NCBI GenBank assembly: GCA_030390025.1
Contig: CM059431.1
Location: forward strand, 104,906,001 to 104,970,000
Direction of reading: 5' to 3'
DNA from: Squalus acanthias
Lineage: Eukaryota
DNA: 64,000 nt
Shown here one piece after another: positions 51,895 through 62,180 of the stretch. Made by a program: the position numbers and the translations under genes. The notes below the pieces were generated by a model. It was not told the DNA's origin and made no database searches. It worked only from the letters and a program-made list of their open reading frames with translations. Positions within the stretch are counted from its first letter, which is position 1. Every line of letters starts with the position of its first letter.

Positions 51895-52500
51895 AAAAGC
51901 GTCTCAAAGCACTCGGCTTTACTTTGAAGTGCGGTGACTGTTGCCATGTAGGCAAATGCAGCAGCTCTTCTGCACAGAGCAAGATCCCACAATCAACGAG
52001 ATGATTGACCATGAATCTGTTCTCGGCAGTGCTGACTGAGGGATTGAATGTCAGCTAGGACATTGAAATAATTCCCTGCTTACCTTCAAATAATGCCATG
52101 GAGTCATTAATGCCCACTTGAAATGATGCCAAGTAAAGTAGGAACTCCACATGTGTCAGCCAGGGGCTCAGTGGGTAGCACCCTTGCCTCTGAGCCAGAA
52201 AGCTGTGGGTTCAAGTCCCCACTCCAGGACTTGTGTGCAAAAATCCAGACTGACACTCCAGTGCAGTACTGAGGAAAAGCTGCACAGATCAGAGCTGCCA
52301 TCTTTCAGATGAGATGTTAAATAGAGGCCCCATTTGCTCTCTCAGGTGATCCCTTGGCACTGTTTCGAAGAAGAGCAGGGGAGCTATCCCCAGTGTCCTG
52401 GCCAATATTTATCTTTCAACCAACATCACTATAAAGCAGCTTATGTGGTCATTTTCACATTGCTGTTTCTGGGAGCTTACTGTGTGTATATTGGCTGCTG
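51895..52500. mobile_element. DeuSINE copies (minus 51895-52110, plus 52155-52500)
   Basis: tRNA head ggctcagtgggtagc..gggttcaagtccc at ~52165-52220 and family body. Confidence 0.8.
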
Positions 52501-53405
52501 GTTGGTTTTATAAAGGGATTCTTCCATTTTCCAGTTCTTGTCAAAGACCCACAGCATGAAGTGATCATTTTTATTTTCTGATGGGCCTGCTGTATATTTG
52601 CATAATTTTGTATTCAAAATTCTTATAATAGTTTGCTGTATAGTAAATTAATGCAACAATACATTTAGTTGAGACTAGTGTCCCCCATTATCTGTAAAAT
52701 GTACATTAGGACCAATGCATTGAAAGTTACCAGTTTGATTGATACACCTTTTAGGAAGAATGTTCACCATCACTGATCAGAGAGTCTCTTATACACATTT
52801 TCACTCATTGTTGAAAGAGTCTCACCTGGAGCCCATCAATGCGAGGCAGGGGTACAAGATTTCTTCCTGTCAATAATTTTATCAAAATAGTCAGCACGAA
52901 TACAAAATCGGAAATTTCATTTTCGCAAATTGGCTCATTTTGCTACAGTAACGGTATTTCAAAGTATGAAAAGTACTTTGCATTCTTGATATAGATGCAA
53001 GTCTTTCTTTCATGCTGGCGTTTTGGATAAAATTATCCGTAGAAAGAACTTAGCCCCTGCTCCCTGGACTAAAGTCATATTATATTAAGTTGTGTATCAA
53101 GACGGATTACACTGCCTGCTTATTACATCAAGTGGAAAAGCAGAGCCCCAGCTTATACGCTCAATCTCCGGTCCTCTGTTGGTGCAATTTTAATAATTGA
53201 AAATAGCTGACCATTAAAATTGGAAACACAGTGTAAGCACTCCATATCGGGCACTTCAAAATTCTACATGTGTGGAATTCTCAATAGTTTGGTTTAAAGA
53301 CTCTGGAGTGCATGACAGGATTTCCTGCATGATGGACATTCAGCCAACCAAAACCAATACAGTAAATATATTCAGTAGCAGCACTACGCTTTTGGGAGAT
53401 TGTGT

Positions 53406-53657
53406 AGTGCCTTCAGCTGCCCGGGCCCTAAGCTCTGGAAATTCCCATTCCCCCCTAAACCTCTCCGCCTCTCTACCTCTCTCTCCTCCTTTAAGACGCT
53501 CCTTAAAACCTACCTCTTTGACCAAGCTTTTGGCCACCTGTCCCTAATATCTCCTTATGTGGCTCGGGGTCAAATTTTGTCTGATTACGCTCCTTTGGGC
53601 GTTTTACTATGTTGAAGACGCTATATAAATGCAGGTTGCTGCTGCTGCTGTTGTTGT
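53406..53657 (+). mobile_element. L2 LINE 3' fragment
   Basis: AFSCPGPKLW..SSFKTLLKTYLFDQAF and tail. Confidence 0.88.
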
Positions 53658-54177
53658 AATGCCTGGTGTATAATCCTTTAGGTGGTGTAGTTCACAATGA
53701 CTCAGTAATCCCAGCCAACAAATGCAACTGCCGCTGTTGATGGTCGGGCAGGGACAGTTCACCTATTATATGAATCAGAAATATTCTGGTGAAGCGTAAC
53801 CCACCTGTTGCACTATTTAAATCATGCAAAATGTGTCCCTTGTGGCTGCCCCGATTAATTGGATCAAAAAAATAAAGTAGTACATCTTCCATACATGTAG
53901 CTAGTGTTCTTTCTAAAGAGGCAACAACTGAAACACTGGCTGTGCTGAATCAATCTCAAGTGTGCAATAAAGAAGTGTAATATATTTGATCAATCTAGTT
54001 CTTGTTGGAATTTAGTTACTTGAAGGTCTGCAGATTGCGTGAATTATCAACACTATAAAATGCTGTTGTTGACTAGTACTCTATTCTCCATACTTTATCT
54101 TGCTGACTCTTTTGGGGGTACAAATCCATGGTTGCTAATGCCTTTCGCATCTCTCCAAATGATCATTCTCCATTTAA

Positions 54178-54739
54178 AAGTCTAGCCAGTTAGTAAGCCT
54201 AGCTCATTAGTAAGACTAGCTTATTAGTAAGTCTAGCCAGTTAGTAAATCTAGCTCATTAGTAAGACTAGTTCATTAGTAAGTCGAGCCAGTTAGTAAAT
54301 CTAGCTCATTAGTAAGACTAGTCAGTTAGTAAAACTAGCTCATTAGTAAGACTAGCCAGTTAGTAGGTCTAGCTCATGAGTAAGACTAGCCAGTTAGTAA
54401 GACTAGCCAGTTAGTAAAACTAGCTCATTAGTAAGACTAGCCAGTTAGTAAGACTAGCCAGTTAGTAAGTCTAGCTCATTAGTAAGACCAGCCAGTTAGT
54501 AAGTCTAGCCAGTTAGTACGTCTAGCCAGTTAGTAAGACTAGCTCATTAGTAAGACTAGCCAGTTAGTAAGTCTAGCTCATTCGTAAGACTAACCAGTTA
54601 GTAAGCCCAGCTCATTAGTAAGACTAGTTAGTTAGTAAGTCTAGCCAGTTAGTAAGTCTAGCTCATTAGTAAGACTAGCCAGTTAGTAAGTCTAGCTAAT
54701 TAGTAAGACTAGCTAGTTAGTAAGCCTAGCCAGTTAGTA
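54178..54739. repeat. 17-bp minisatellite (~33 units, two variants)
   Basis: TAAG(T/A)CTAG-CCAGT-TAG and TAAG(T/A)CTAG-CTCAT-TAG units. Confidence 0.95.
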
Positions 54740-55055
54740 TTTTTAAGATATTTTACCATCATAACCAGGATCAATCCTGTTCTTGGCCAATGTTCATGCA
54801 TGCTTTCCAGTGGGACTCGCTGGATTGGGTATATGATTCTATGAGGATGTGGTCCTCATTTCAGCACCTCGGTCAAATGGCTATCCTTCATTTAGGCAGT
54901 TAGTATTAGCAGCGTGTCTAGACAACGGAGGACGTCTCAATCGAGAACAATCCTCCTGCCCTGACGTTACCCATTGTTCATACTTTTCAGAAGCACTCAC
55001 TGGATTATCACAAGGAGCAGAAACCTAACCCGATTGTTTCCTTACTTCTCCAAGA

Positions 55056-55170
55056 GAATGCAAATACGGACGGTATTATGAAAAGCACCCCAGAAGAGCG
55101 AGAGAGAATCATCAAGCAGTTAAAGGAAGAGCTGGGACGGGAGGAAGCCAAACTTGTCCTGCTTAAGAAA
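55056..55170 (+). pseudogene. GATAD2A: Isolated fragment of the GATAD2A (p66-alpha) CR1 coiled-coil coding sequence
   Basis: Translates [38 protein letters not shown] versus recalled human GATAD2A ..[38 protein letters not shown]; flanked by CTCCAAGA direct repeats; no other GATAD2 exons found. Confidence 0.85.
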
Positions 55171-55495
55171 CTCCAAGAATCACGGAGGCCAATTGCAGCC
55201 AATTTGAACTGTCGCTCGGGCGAGCTTGGATGGTGCTGAAAGACACTCAGTGCTGCCATTACTGTGCAAGGGTACAATGTTGTGGCATCACACACTCATA
55301 TCCATTTTTTTCCCCCCCAAGTGTGTGAGTCCAACAAAGATGTTACAGTTTAGCCAAGGTGGAATGTGACTGAGCAGGTTTGGGAATGGGCACTGCTATG
55401 ATGATGTGCAACCTGGTGTCTCTGAACAATCTGCAGCACAGCAGGTGGGCTGAGTTGTAAACTTCGTGAAATCGCTGCTTGTCTTGTCTTTCAAG

Positions 55496-55616
55496 AAACT
55501 TCTGAACTTAATAATCACAGGCAAAATGTCTATCACAAACATGAAGAAGGTCCATGTGAGCTCAACCGGCCCTGGATTGCAGACACAGTGGAGACAAAGC
55601 AAGATCATCGCTGCTG
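55496..55616 (+). other. Candidate exon
   Basis: cttgtcttgtctttcaag|..|gtgaga; open in phase 1 (ETSELNNHRQNVYHKHEEGPCELNRPW..). Confidence 0.28.
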
Positions 55617-56307
55617 GTGAGATATGTTTAACATATGGTGCATTAAGGTCTTTTTTAATTTCTGGCAACAAATGTTTTAAAAATCCAAATTTTACCATTT
55701 CTAGACAGGATATCAACAGCATAGTGTACATATGATCTTAATCAATTATGAAAAATCATTGTTACAATTTTATAGGAGTGAATCACTAAACACCTAGGGG
55801 TAAAAATTCACTTGGTTGTGCCTCCCGTTAGCGCCTTAAGAGGGCGCTAATGGGGCGTTAAGCCGCTAACGCCCGGGCGCAGCGATGTTTGCGCCGCTCG
55901 AGAACTTAACTTGAGATTGTGCGGCGGCGCTAAAACTTACCGCTGCGACCACCTGCGCGCGCAGATTATGATGTCATTCCATGGTGCAACGCCCTTGGGG
56001 CGCCCCGGAGCGGAAATTGAGTGGCGCCCCCTGCCTTACCGCCTGGCGCTTCCAACGACCGGAAGACTGGAACGCTATCAATCGGTGTGGGGCTGGGGGG
56101 GGCGCTATTTAAAGGGGGCCTCTTCCTGTCTTTTTCTGTGGTCGACATTTATGCACCACTCGTTCTGAGAGAGAGAGAGAGATTCGGAGAGAGAGAGAGA
56201 GAGACTTCTACATTGACTCAACGCTTTGTGAGGTAGTTTTGCCTATTCATCCTAACTTTGTTGCTACTTTAGTTGCTGTACCTCATTACTTTTCTGGCAA
56301 AGAGAAT

Positions 56308-57468
56308 ATGGGGGCTGCAATGATTGGGGGCGTCGTCCTGCTCCAGCTGAATCGGAGGATACAGAGACGCAGACAGAGAGTGGCAATGATGGCCAGACGG
56401 AGGAGGGCCATCAGGCGCATGTACAGGAGAGCTTACCCTCCCAGGGTATATCGTGAACAGCTCTCCTACATCCATATGTCCGAGGAGCTGTGTTTGCGAA
56501 GGCTGCGATTCAGCAAGGAGGTGGTCACTGAGCTCTGCCACCTGCTGCAGCCAGATCTGCAGCCTCAGCTGAGGTCCAGGACGTCTCTGTCGGTGGCAGT
56601 GAAGGTCACAGTGGCTTTGAACTTCTACGCCACTGGCTCATTCCAAGCTGCTGTTGGGGACCTCGCCAATATCTCCCAGTTTGCGGTGCATCGCTGCATC
56701 CGGCAGGTCACCAATGCCTTCTTCAGAAGGAGACGAGACTTCATCTCTTTCCCTATGACCCCAGACAAGCAGCGTGACCGTGCTCTGGGCTTTGCGAGGG
56801 TAGCGGGCTTCCCCATGGTGCAGGGCGCCATTGACTGCACGCATGTGGCTTTGCGTGCTCCGCGAGAGAATGCAGAGGAATTCAGGAACAGAAAGGGGTT
56901 CCATTCCTTGAATGTGCAGTTGGTCTCTGACCACAGACAGGTGATACTCGCTGTCAATGCCCACTATCCGGGCAGCTGCCACGATGCTTTCATCCTGCGC
57001 CAGACTACTGTGGCAGAAGTTTTCGAGGCACCGCATCAGCCAGTTGGTTGGCTTCTCGGGGACAAGGGGTACGCATTGAGCACCTGGCTGATGACACCGC
57101 TCCGTACGCCAAACACCCCTGCTGAGCTGCGGTACAATGAAAGCCATCAAGCAACCAGGAACATTATTGAGCGCACAATCGGCGTGCTGAAACAACGGTT
57201 CCGCTGTCTGGACCATTCCGGAGGAGCCCTGCAGTACTCGCCTGAGCAAGTTTCGAACTTCGTAGTCGTGTGCTGCATGTTGCACAACATGGCAATCCTC
57301 AGGACCCAGCCAATGCCACCAGGCCTTGTAGCACCACCAGAGGAGGAGGAGGAAGAGGAGGAACAGGACGAGGACGATGATCATCAGCAGCACCAAGGCG
57401 GGAGGGCGGCCCACAATGGTCAAACTGCAAGGGCCATCCGTCAACGACTAATAGCAAGCCGCTTCTAG
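56308..57468 (+). CDS. Harbinger DDE transposase (HARBI1-like nuclease family)
   Basis: Uninterrupted ORF; GAIDCTH, FRNRKGFHSLNVQ, YPGSCHDAFI, LLGDKGY and RNIIERTIGVLKQRFRCL motifs; first ATG 56308. Confidence 0.95.
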   Translation: MGAAMIGGVVLLQLNRRIQRRRQRVAMMARRRRAIRRMYRRAYPPRVYREQLSYIHMSEELCLRRLRFSKEVVTELCHLLQPDLQPQLRSRTSLSVAVKVTVALNFYATGSFQAAVGDLANISQFAVHRCIRQVTNAFFRRRRDFISFPMTPDKQRDRALGFARVAGFPMVQGAIDCTHVALRAPRENAEEFRNRKGFHSLNVQLVSDHRQVILAVNAHYPGSCHDAFILRQTTVAEVFEAPHQPVGWLLGDKGYALSTWLMTPLRTPNTPAELRYNESHQATRNIIERTIGVLKQRFRCLDHSGGALQYSPEQVSNFVVVCCMLHNMAILRTQPMPPGLVAPPEEEEEEEEQDEDDDHQQHQGGRAAHNGQTARAIRQRLIASRF

Positions 57469-57762
57469 GGCCCCTGCCATTGCTACAAACACTAATCAAC
57501 CCAGCACGCAACCCCTAAGCCGGCCAAGGCACCAATAATTCCAACCACCAGCCATGTATATTTTGAATACAGAAACGTATTTATTTTACAAACTCTGTGT
57601 GTGTCAATTCCTCATGACAAACTCATAGAAATAAACACAAAAAAACAGTCAATAACATAACTGGTTCTCACAACCTGGAGATAATGTCCAAAACACTAAA
57701 CAAAAGTTGGACCATGAACCTCGGCCTTTAATAAAAAAATGACCAGCATTTTGTCACACCTC

Positions 57763-59530
57763 CTACTTTTTGCCCTTCGAGGGTGATCTCCTTCCCTTGC
57801 GCACTTCCCCCCTTCTAACCCTACTGCTCCTCCGTAATGGGACCTCAGTGGCTGCAGCAAGGCTGGTGGAAGGCTGCTGCTCGTCAGACCCTGACACTGC
57901 AGATGCCCCTGAAGGACGGCCTCGACCACTTCTGGGCCTGGAGGGCCCGGCTGCAGACTGCACCAACTCTGCATGGGCGGCAGCAGTCTGTCCTACAGGC
58001 GGTGGCAAGTGCAGTGGAAAAGTGACAGTGTTGGCAGCAGGAATGCTGTCATCGTGCGAGAGGACAGCAACTCCCTGCTCGCCCGACACACTGGCACTCC
58101 CACGGGGCAGCACTTCAGCATCCGTAGCAATTTGCCGGAGAACAGATTGCTGGCCTGCTGCGGCGCGGTGACAGCCCCGGGGACATGTGCACGAACCATC
58201 GAGGTTGGCAGCAGTCTGTGCTCGCGTGGCCTCCATCTGAGTCTGTATGAGAGCAGTCAGAGGTGGGATCACGGCAGCCAGTGACTGAATTGCAGCACTA
58301 AGCGTTAGTGTGGCATCCGCCTGTGCTACAGCGAAGTGCTCCACACTCCTTGCCAGTGACTCAATGCATTCGGGCACCCTTCCCACTGCACCCATGAGCT
58401 CAGTGTGCATGCACACCGCCTGGGTGTTCATTTCTGCAATCAGCCGCTCCTCCTCTGCGTCCATTGCAGTAGGAGTGTCTGGCATACTCTCCCTCTGGGG
58501 AGAAGGCCCCGTTCTTCCCTACCCCCCCCATGGCGTTGCTGCAGCCCGCTGGGTCCTGGAGCTTCACCATCATCAGCCCCTTCCCCCCTGCTCCCCTCCG
58601 GGGAAGGCGTGTTCCCAGTGTGGGCATGGGCTTCCTCGGGAGAGGGTGGCACTGATGCTCTGGCTTCCTCTTCCTCCTCAGCTGCAGCATCACTCCCAGT
58701 GGCAGCTTCAGGGCCCGTCTCCTCAGCTGGTGAATCACCATCTGAAAGCAGGGAGGTACAAGAGTGGCTTTAGCGTGAGGACAGGGTGGCAGTAAGGGAG
58801 GAATAAGTGCAGCGAGTTAGCAAGTTGGATTGAAAGTGTCAAAGGCTGGTGTTGTGAGGGACAAGTGGAAGGACAGAGGACAAAAATGTGATGACCTTAC
58901 TATTGCTGTCCACAACGGGGTCGGCGTCTCCAGTGGCGACGGGACCGATCACCCGGCTTGCCACAATCCTGTGGACGCGCTCCTCCAGATCGCTGAGGGG
59001 TTGCAGCTGAAGCCGCCCTCCACCTGTCCGTTGCTGCTGTCTCCTATTATGAGCCAGCTTAGCCTGCAAGAAAAAGGACAGCATCTGAGTAAATATACAG
59101 CCATGGTCTTGCCTGATGTGCCTCCCATAGGTGAATAGCCCTTACTGTATGCAAAGTGTGGAATGTGTGTGTGTGTTTGATGAAAGGGCCATAGGTGTTG
59201 GATGAGTGTTGTGCATTGGGGTTTTAAGACCCTCTGGCCTTAGAGTGAGGTTGAGATGGAGGGATGGAGAGGTATTGAGAAAAAGCCACTCACCCTGACG
59301 ACCCGAGTGAGGTCGTTGAACTTTTTGCGGCATTGAGTATGGGTCCTGGGCACCATGCTCCTGGAGGAGACGCTCTGAGCCACCTCCCTCCACACTCTTC
59401 TGAACTCGCGTGGCAAAGGCCTCCTGCCACTCTCAGGGAACAGCATACATCGTCTGCGCTCCACTGCGCCAACCAGAGCATCCAAGGCCCGCTCGGTGAA
59501 GCGATGAGCGCGTTCTCTCACCCTCTCCAT
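57763..59530 (-). CDS. Harbinger Myb/SANT-like DNA-binding protein; exons 59530-59294, 59063-58901, 58741-57763 (apparent frameshift ~58440-58518)
   Basis: Exon 1 RFTERALDALV..W.EVA..V....RT..QCRKKFNDL; canonical GT-AG introns in phase 0 and 1; exon 2 AKLAHNRRQQQRTGGG. Confidence 0.88.
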
Positions 59531-60214
59531 GCTTGGCAGCAAAATGGATTCACAGGTCTCTCCAGACTGAGATTCAAGGCTGCAATGAGCAGGGTGTGGC
59601 TGGGGAGCAAGTGGCCCCCCCCCGCTTTAAGAAGTGTCCGGCGCCATTGTGTCTGTGTTCCCTCGCTAACTGGCAGCAGCTGCGTTGCGCTCGCGCGCTG
59701 AGGTAGCGCCTCACTCCTTGGCCTTTGCGCCTTAAGACAGGTGTGCAGCGCCTGCTTTAGCGCTCCACTCACCTCCCAGGGCGGTAAAAGTGAAGTTTCC
59801 TTTCAGTGCCGATAATTAGCGCCAGGCGCTAATATTTGCGTCCAGACGATATTTGCGCCCCAAATGGGGCGCGACCTAATTTCTACCCCCTACTGCCATG
59901 ATTATTCAAGTATTCAGTGCTGGTCACAATTCCAAAGTGATGCTGTAATTAGATTTCAGCAGGAGGCTGTTGGGGATGAAAGGAGATGCGTTATCTCAGT
60001 TGCCAACGAGGCTGACATTGTTTTGTTTTTCAAGTGCCAACTTTATTTGTCTTGGTCAGTGCCTGATGTTTGACGCACATCCCCCATTTCTGACGTGTAG
60101 GATTAGCTAGAGGTAGTATTGAAGATATGAGTTGAAGAAATTCCCAGCATCTGGATTGAGTCAGAGCTTTTAGTATCACCAGCATTATTAGCGAAAAGCC
60201 GGAGACGGTGCGGC

Positions 60215-60310
60215 ATGTTGTCAAATTTTGTCACATAACACTCCTGTGAAGCGTCTTGGGACATTTTACTACTTTAAAGGTGCTATATAAATGCATGTTG
60301 TTGCTGTTGA
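60215..60310 (+). mobile_element. L2 3' tail fragment
   Basis: ctcctgtgaagcgtcttgggac..aaggtgctatataaatgcatgttgttg. Confidence 0.8.
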
Positions 60311-60334
60311 ATTGTAGTTCTAAAAGGCATCCTC

Positions 60335-61018
60335 TTTCTGGACAACATTCAGGCTTGGGCTGATAAGTGGCAAGTAACATTCACGCCACACAAGTGTCAG
60401 GCAATGACTATCTCCAACAAGCGAGAGTCTAACCAACTCCCATTGACATTCAACGGGATTACCATCGCCGAATCCCCCACCATCAATATCCTGGGGGTCA
60501 CCATTGACCAGAAACTTAACTGAACCAACCACATAAATACTGTGGCAACAAGAGCAGGTCAGAGGCTGGGTATTCTGCGGCGAGTGTCTCACCTCCTGAC
60601 TCCCCAAAGACCTTCCACCAACTACAAGGCACAAGTCAGGAGTGTGTATGGAATGTGTACCATCTACAAGATGCACTGCAGCAACTCACCAAGACTTCTT
60701 CGACAGCACCCCCCAAACCCGCGGCCTCTGCCACCGAGAAGGACAAGGGCAGCAGGTGCATGGGAACACCACCACCTGCAAGTTCCACTCCAAGTCACAC
60801 ACCATCCTGACTTGAACATATATCAGCCGTTCCTTCTTCATTGTCGGGTAAAAATCCTGGAACTCCCTGCCTAACAGCACCGTGGGAGTACCTTCACCAC
60901 ACGGACTGCAGCGGTTCAAGAAGGTGGCTCACCACCACCTTCTCAAGGGCAATTAGGGATGGGCAATAAATGCTGGCCTTGCCAGCAACGCCCAGATCCT
61001 GTGAATGAATGAGAAAAA
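60335..61018 (+). mobile_element. CR1-group LINE (second family) 3' fragment with internal deletion
   Basis: Collinear with 18750-20095 but lacks the Penelope insertion. Confidence 0.9.
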
Positions 61019-61574
61019 TATATAGCCAACTCTCTCTCTAAACTGTTGTCTTTAGGAGCCACATAAAAGAAGCCCAGCTCACGTGGATCCTGTTACAGCA
61101 AGGATCCCAATCCCCTGTAAAATGTTAACCAAATCCCTCCTGAGTTTTCCCAGCATTTTCTGTTGTTATTTCCAATTCAATTAATGTAACACTTCACTTG
61201 TTCATCATAGAATTTGTAGCGCTGAAATTAATATAGTAAATCATTCGACATAACTTGAATGTGATTTCTTTTACATTAGAAATTGTTACAGTTAAGGTTA
61301 TAAGAGATCATGGAGATTTGGCAGGACAAGTTTTCTCCTCACCGTCTGGGTAATAGCAAAAGTTGAGCTTATAGCGCAGGTGGATGGTAACAGTAAACTG
61401 GAACTCAGTTGAATGCGGCAGCAGATTAGGAGTTGGGTCGGAGCAAGCAGCAGATTGGTACCTTTAAGACTTTGCAGGGTGGGACCCCATTCCAGAGTGA
61501 TCTTCAACTACATTAACCTCTAGAAATGGAGAGGTAAATGAATGTGCTTTGCAGTGTTCATGTTTTTGTTTAGT

Positions 61575-61820
61575 AAGTTACATATAATTTACAGCACAGA
61601 AACAGCCCATTCGCCCCAATAGTTCCATGCTGGTGTTTATGCTCCACACGAGCCTCCTCCCACTCTATTTAATTCATCTCACCCTATCAGCATACCCTTC
61701 TATTCCTTTCTCCCGCATGCACTTATCTAGCTCCCCATTAAGTTGACTGTGAAGCGCTTTGGGACGTCCTGAGGTCATGAAAGGCGCTACATAAATGCAA
61801 GTCTTTCTTTCTTAAAGGCC
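61575..61820. mobile_element. CR1 tail fragment (minus) with nested DeuSINE tail (61742-61812, plus)
   Basis: CR1 tail ctccccatta..ttaaaggcc interrupted by ctgtgaagcgc..gcaagtctttctttc. Confidence 0.72.
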
Positions 61821-61908
61821 ATGATGTGGAGATGCCGGCGTTGGACTCGGGTGGACAAAAATGAGTAGTCGCACAACACCAGGTTATAGTCCAACAGATT
61901 TATTTAAT

Positions 61909-61949
61909 TTTACAAGCTTTCGGAGCTGTTCGCTCCTTCCTCAGGTAAA
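61909..61949 (-). ncRNA. Minimal type I hammerhead ribozyme motif in the Penelope terminal repeat
   Basis: TTTAC-CTGAGGA-A-GGAGC-GAACA-GCTCC-GAAA-GCTT-GTAAA. Confidence 0.75.
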
Positions 61950-62180
61950 GTAGCAGTGAGAGAATCTCCCAGAATTCACAAGATAAACACAGAAAAAATC
62001 TATTCAAATCTTTCCCTACATCAAAGACACACTAAGAGCACAGCCAAGACAATGAGATGTGTCCCAGGGGGTCCAACGTGTCAAAACACCTGCTGGCTGC
62101 ATATCCTGTCAATTTGTGTTGGTTCTTGTGTTAGTCTTTTTAAAAAAAAAACACCTGGAAAGACCGGCCATGATGTCAAA

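Larger units (their letters stand above)
55797..59889. mobile_element. Full-length PIF/Harbinger DNA transposon
   Basis: 12-bp TIR GGGGTA(A/G)AAATT, TSD CTA (55794-55796, 59890-59892), convergent transposase and Myb/SANT genes, CpG-rich subterminal regions. Confidence 0.95.

Noticed and set aside
55056..55170. Authentic GATAD2A gene at this locus
   Set aside because: No neighbouring GATAD2 exons or GATA finger found, no donor after the fragment, and similarity ends at direct repeats.
55397..55425. C/D-box snoRNA (ATGATGA..CTGA)
   Set aside because: Boxes under 30 nt apart with no terminal stem or guide region.
56638..57444. 268-aa antisense ORF and similar overlaps in the Harbinger and Penelope ORFs
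   Set aside because: Shadow frames of GC-rich coding sequence with no motifs.
56239..57468. Domesticated host gene HARBI1
   Set aside because: Lies inside TIRs and TSD with a partner Myb gene, so it is a transposon ORF.
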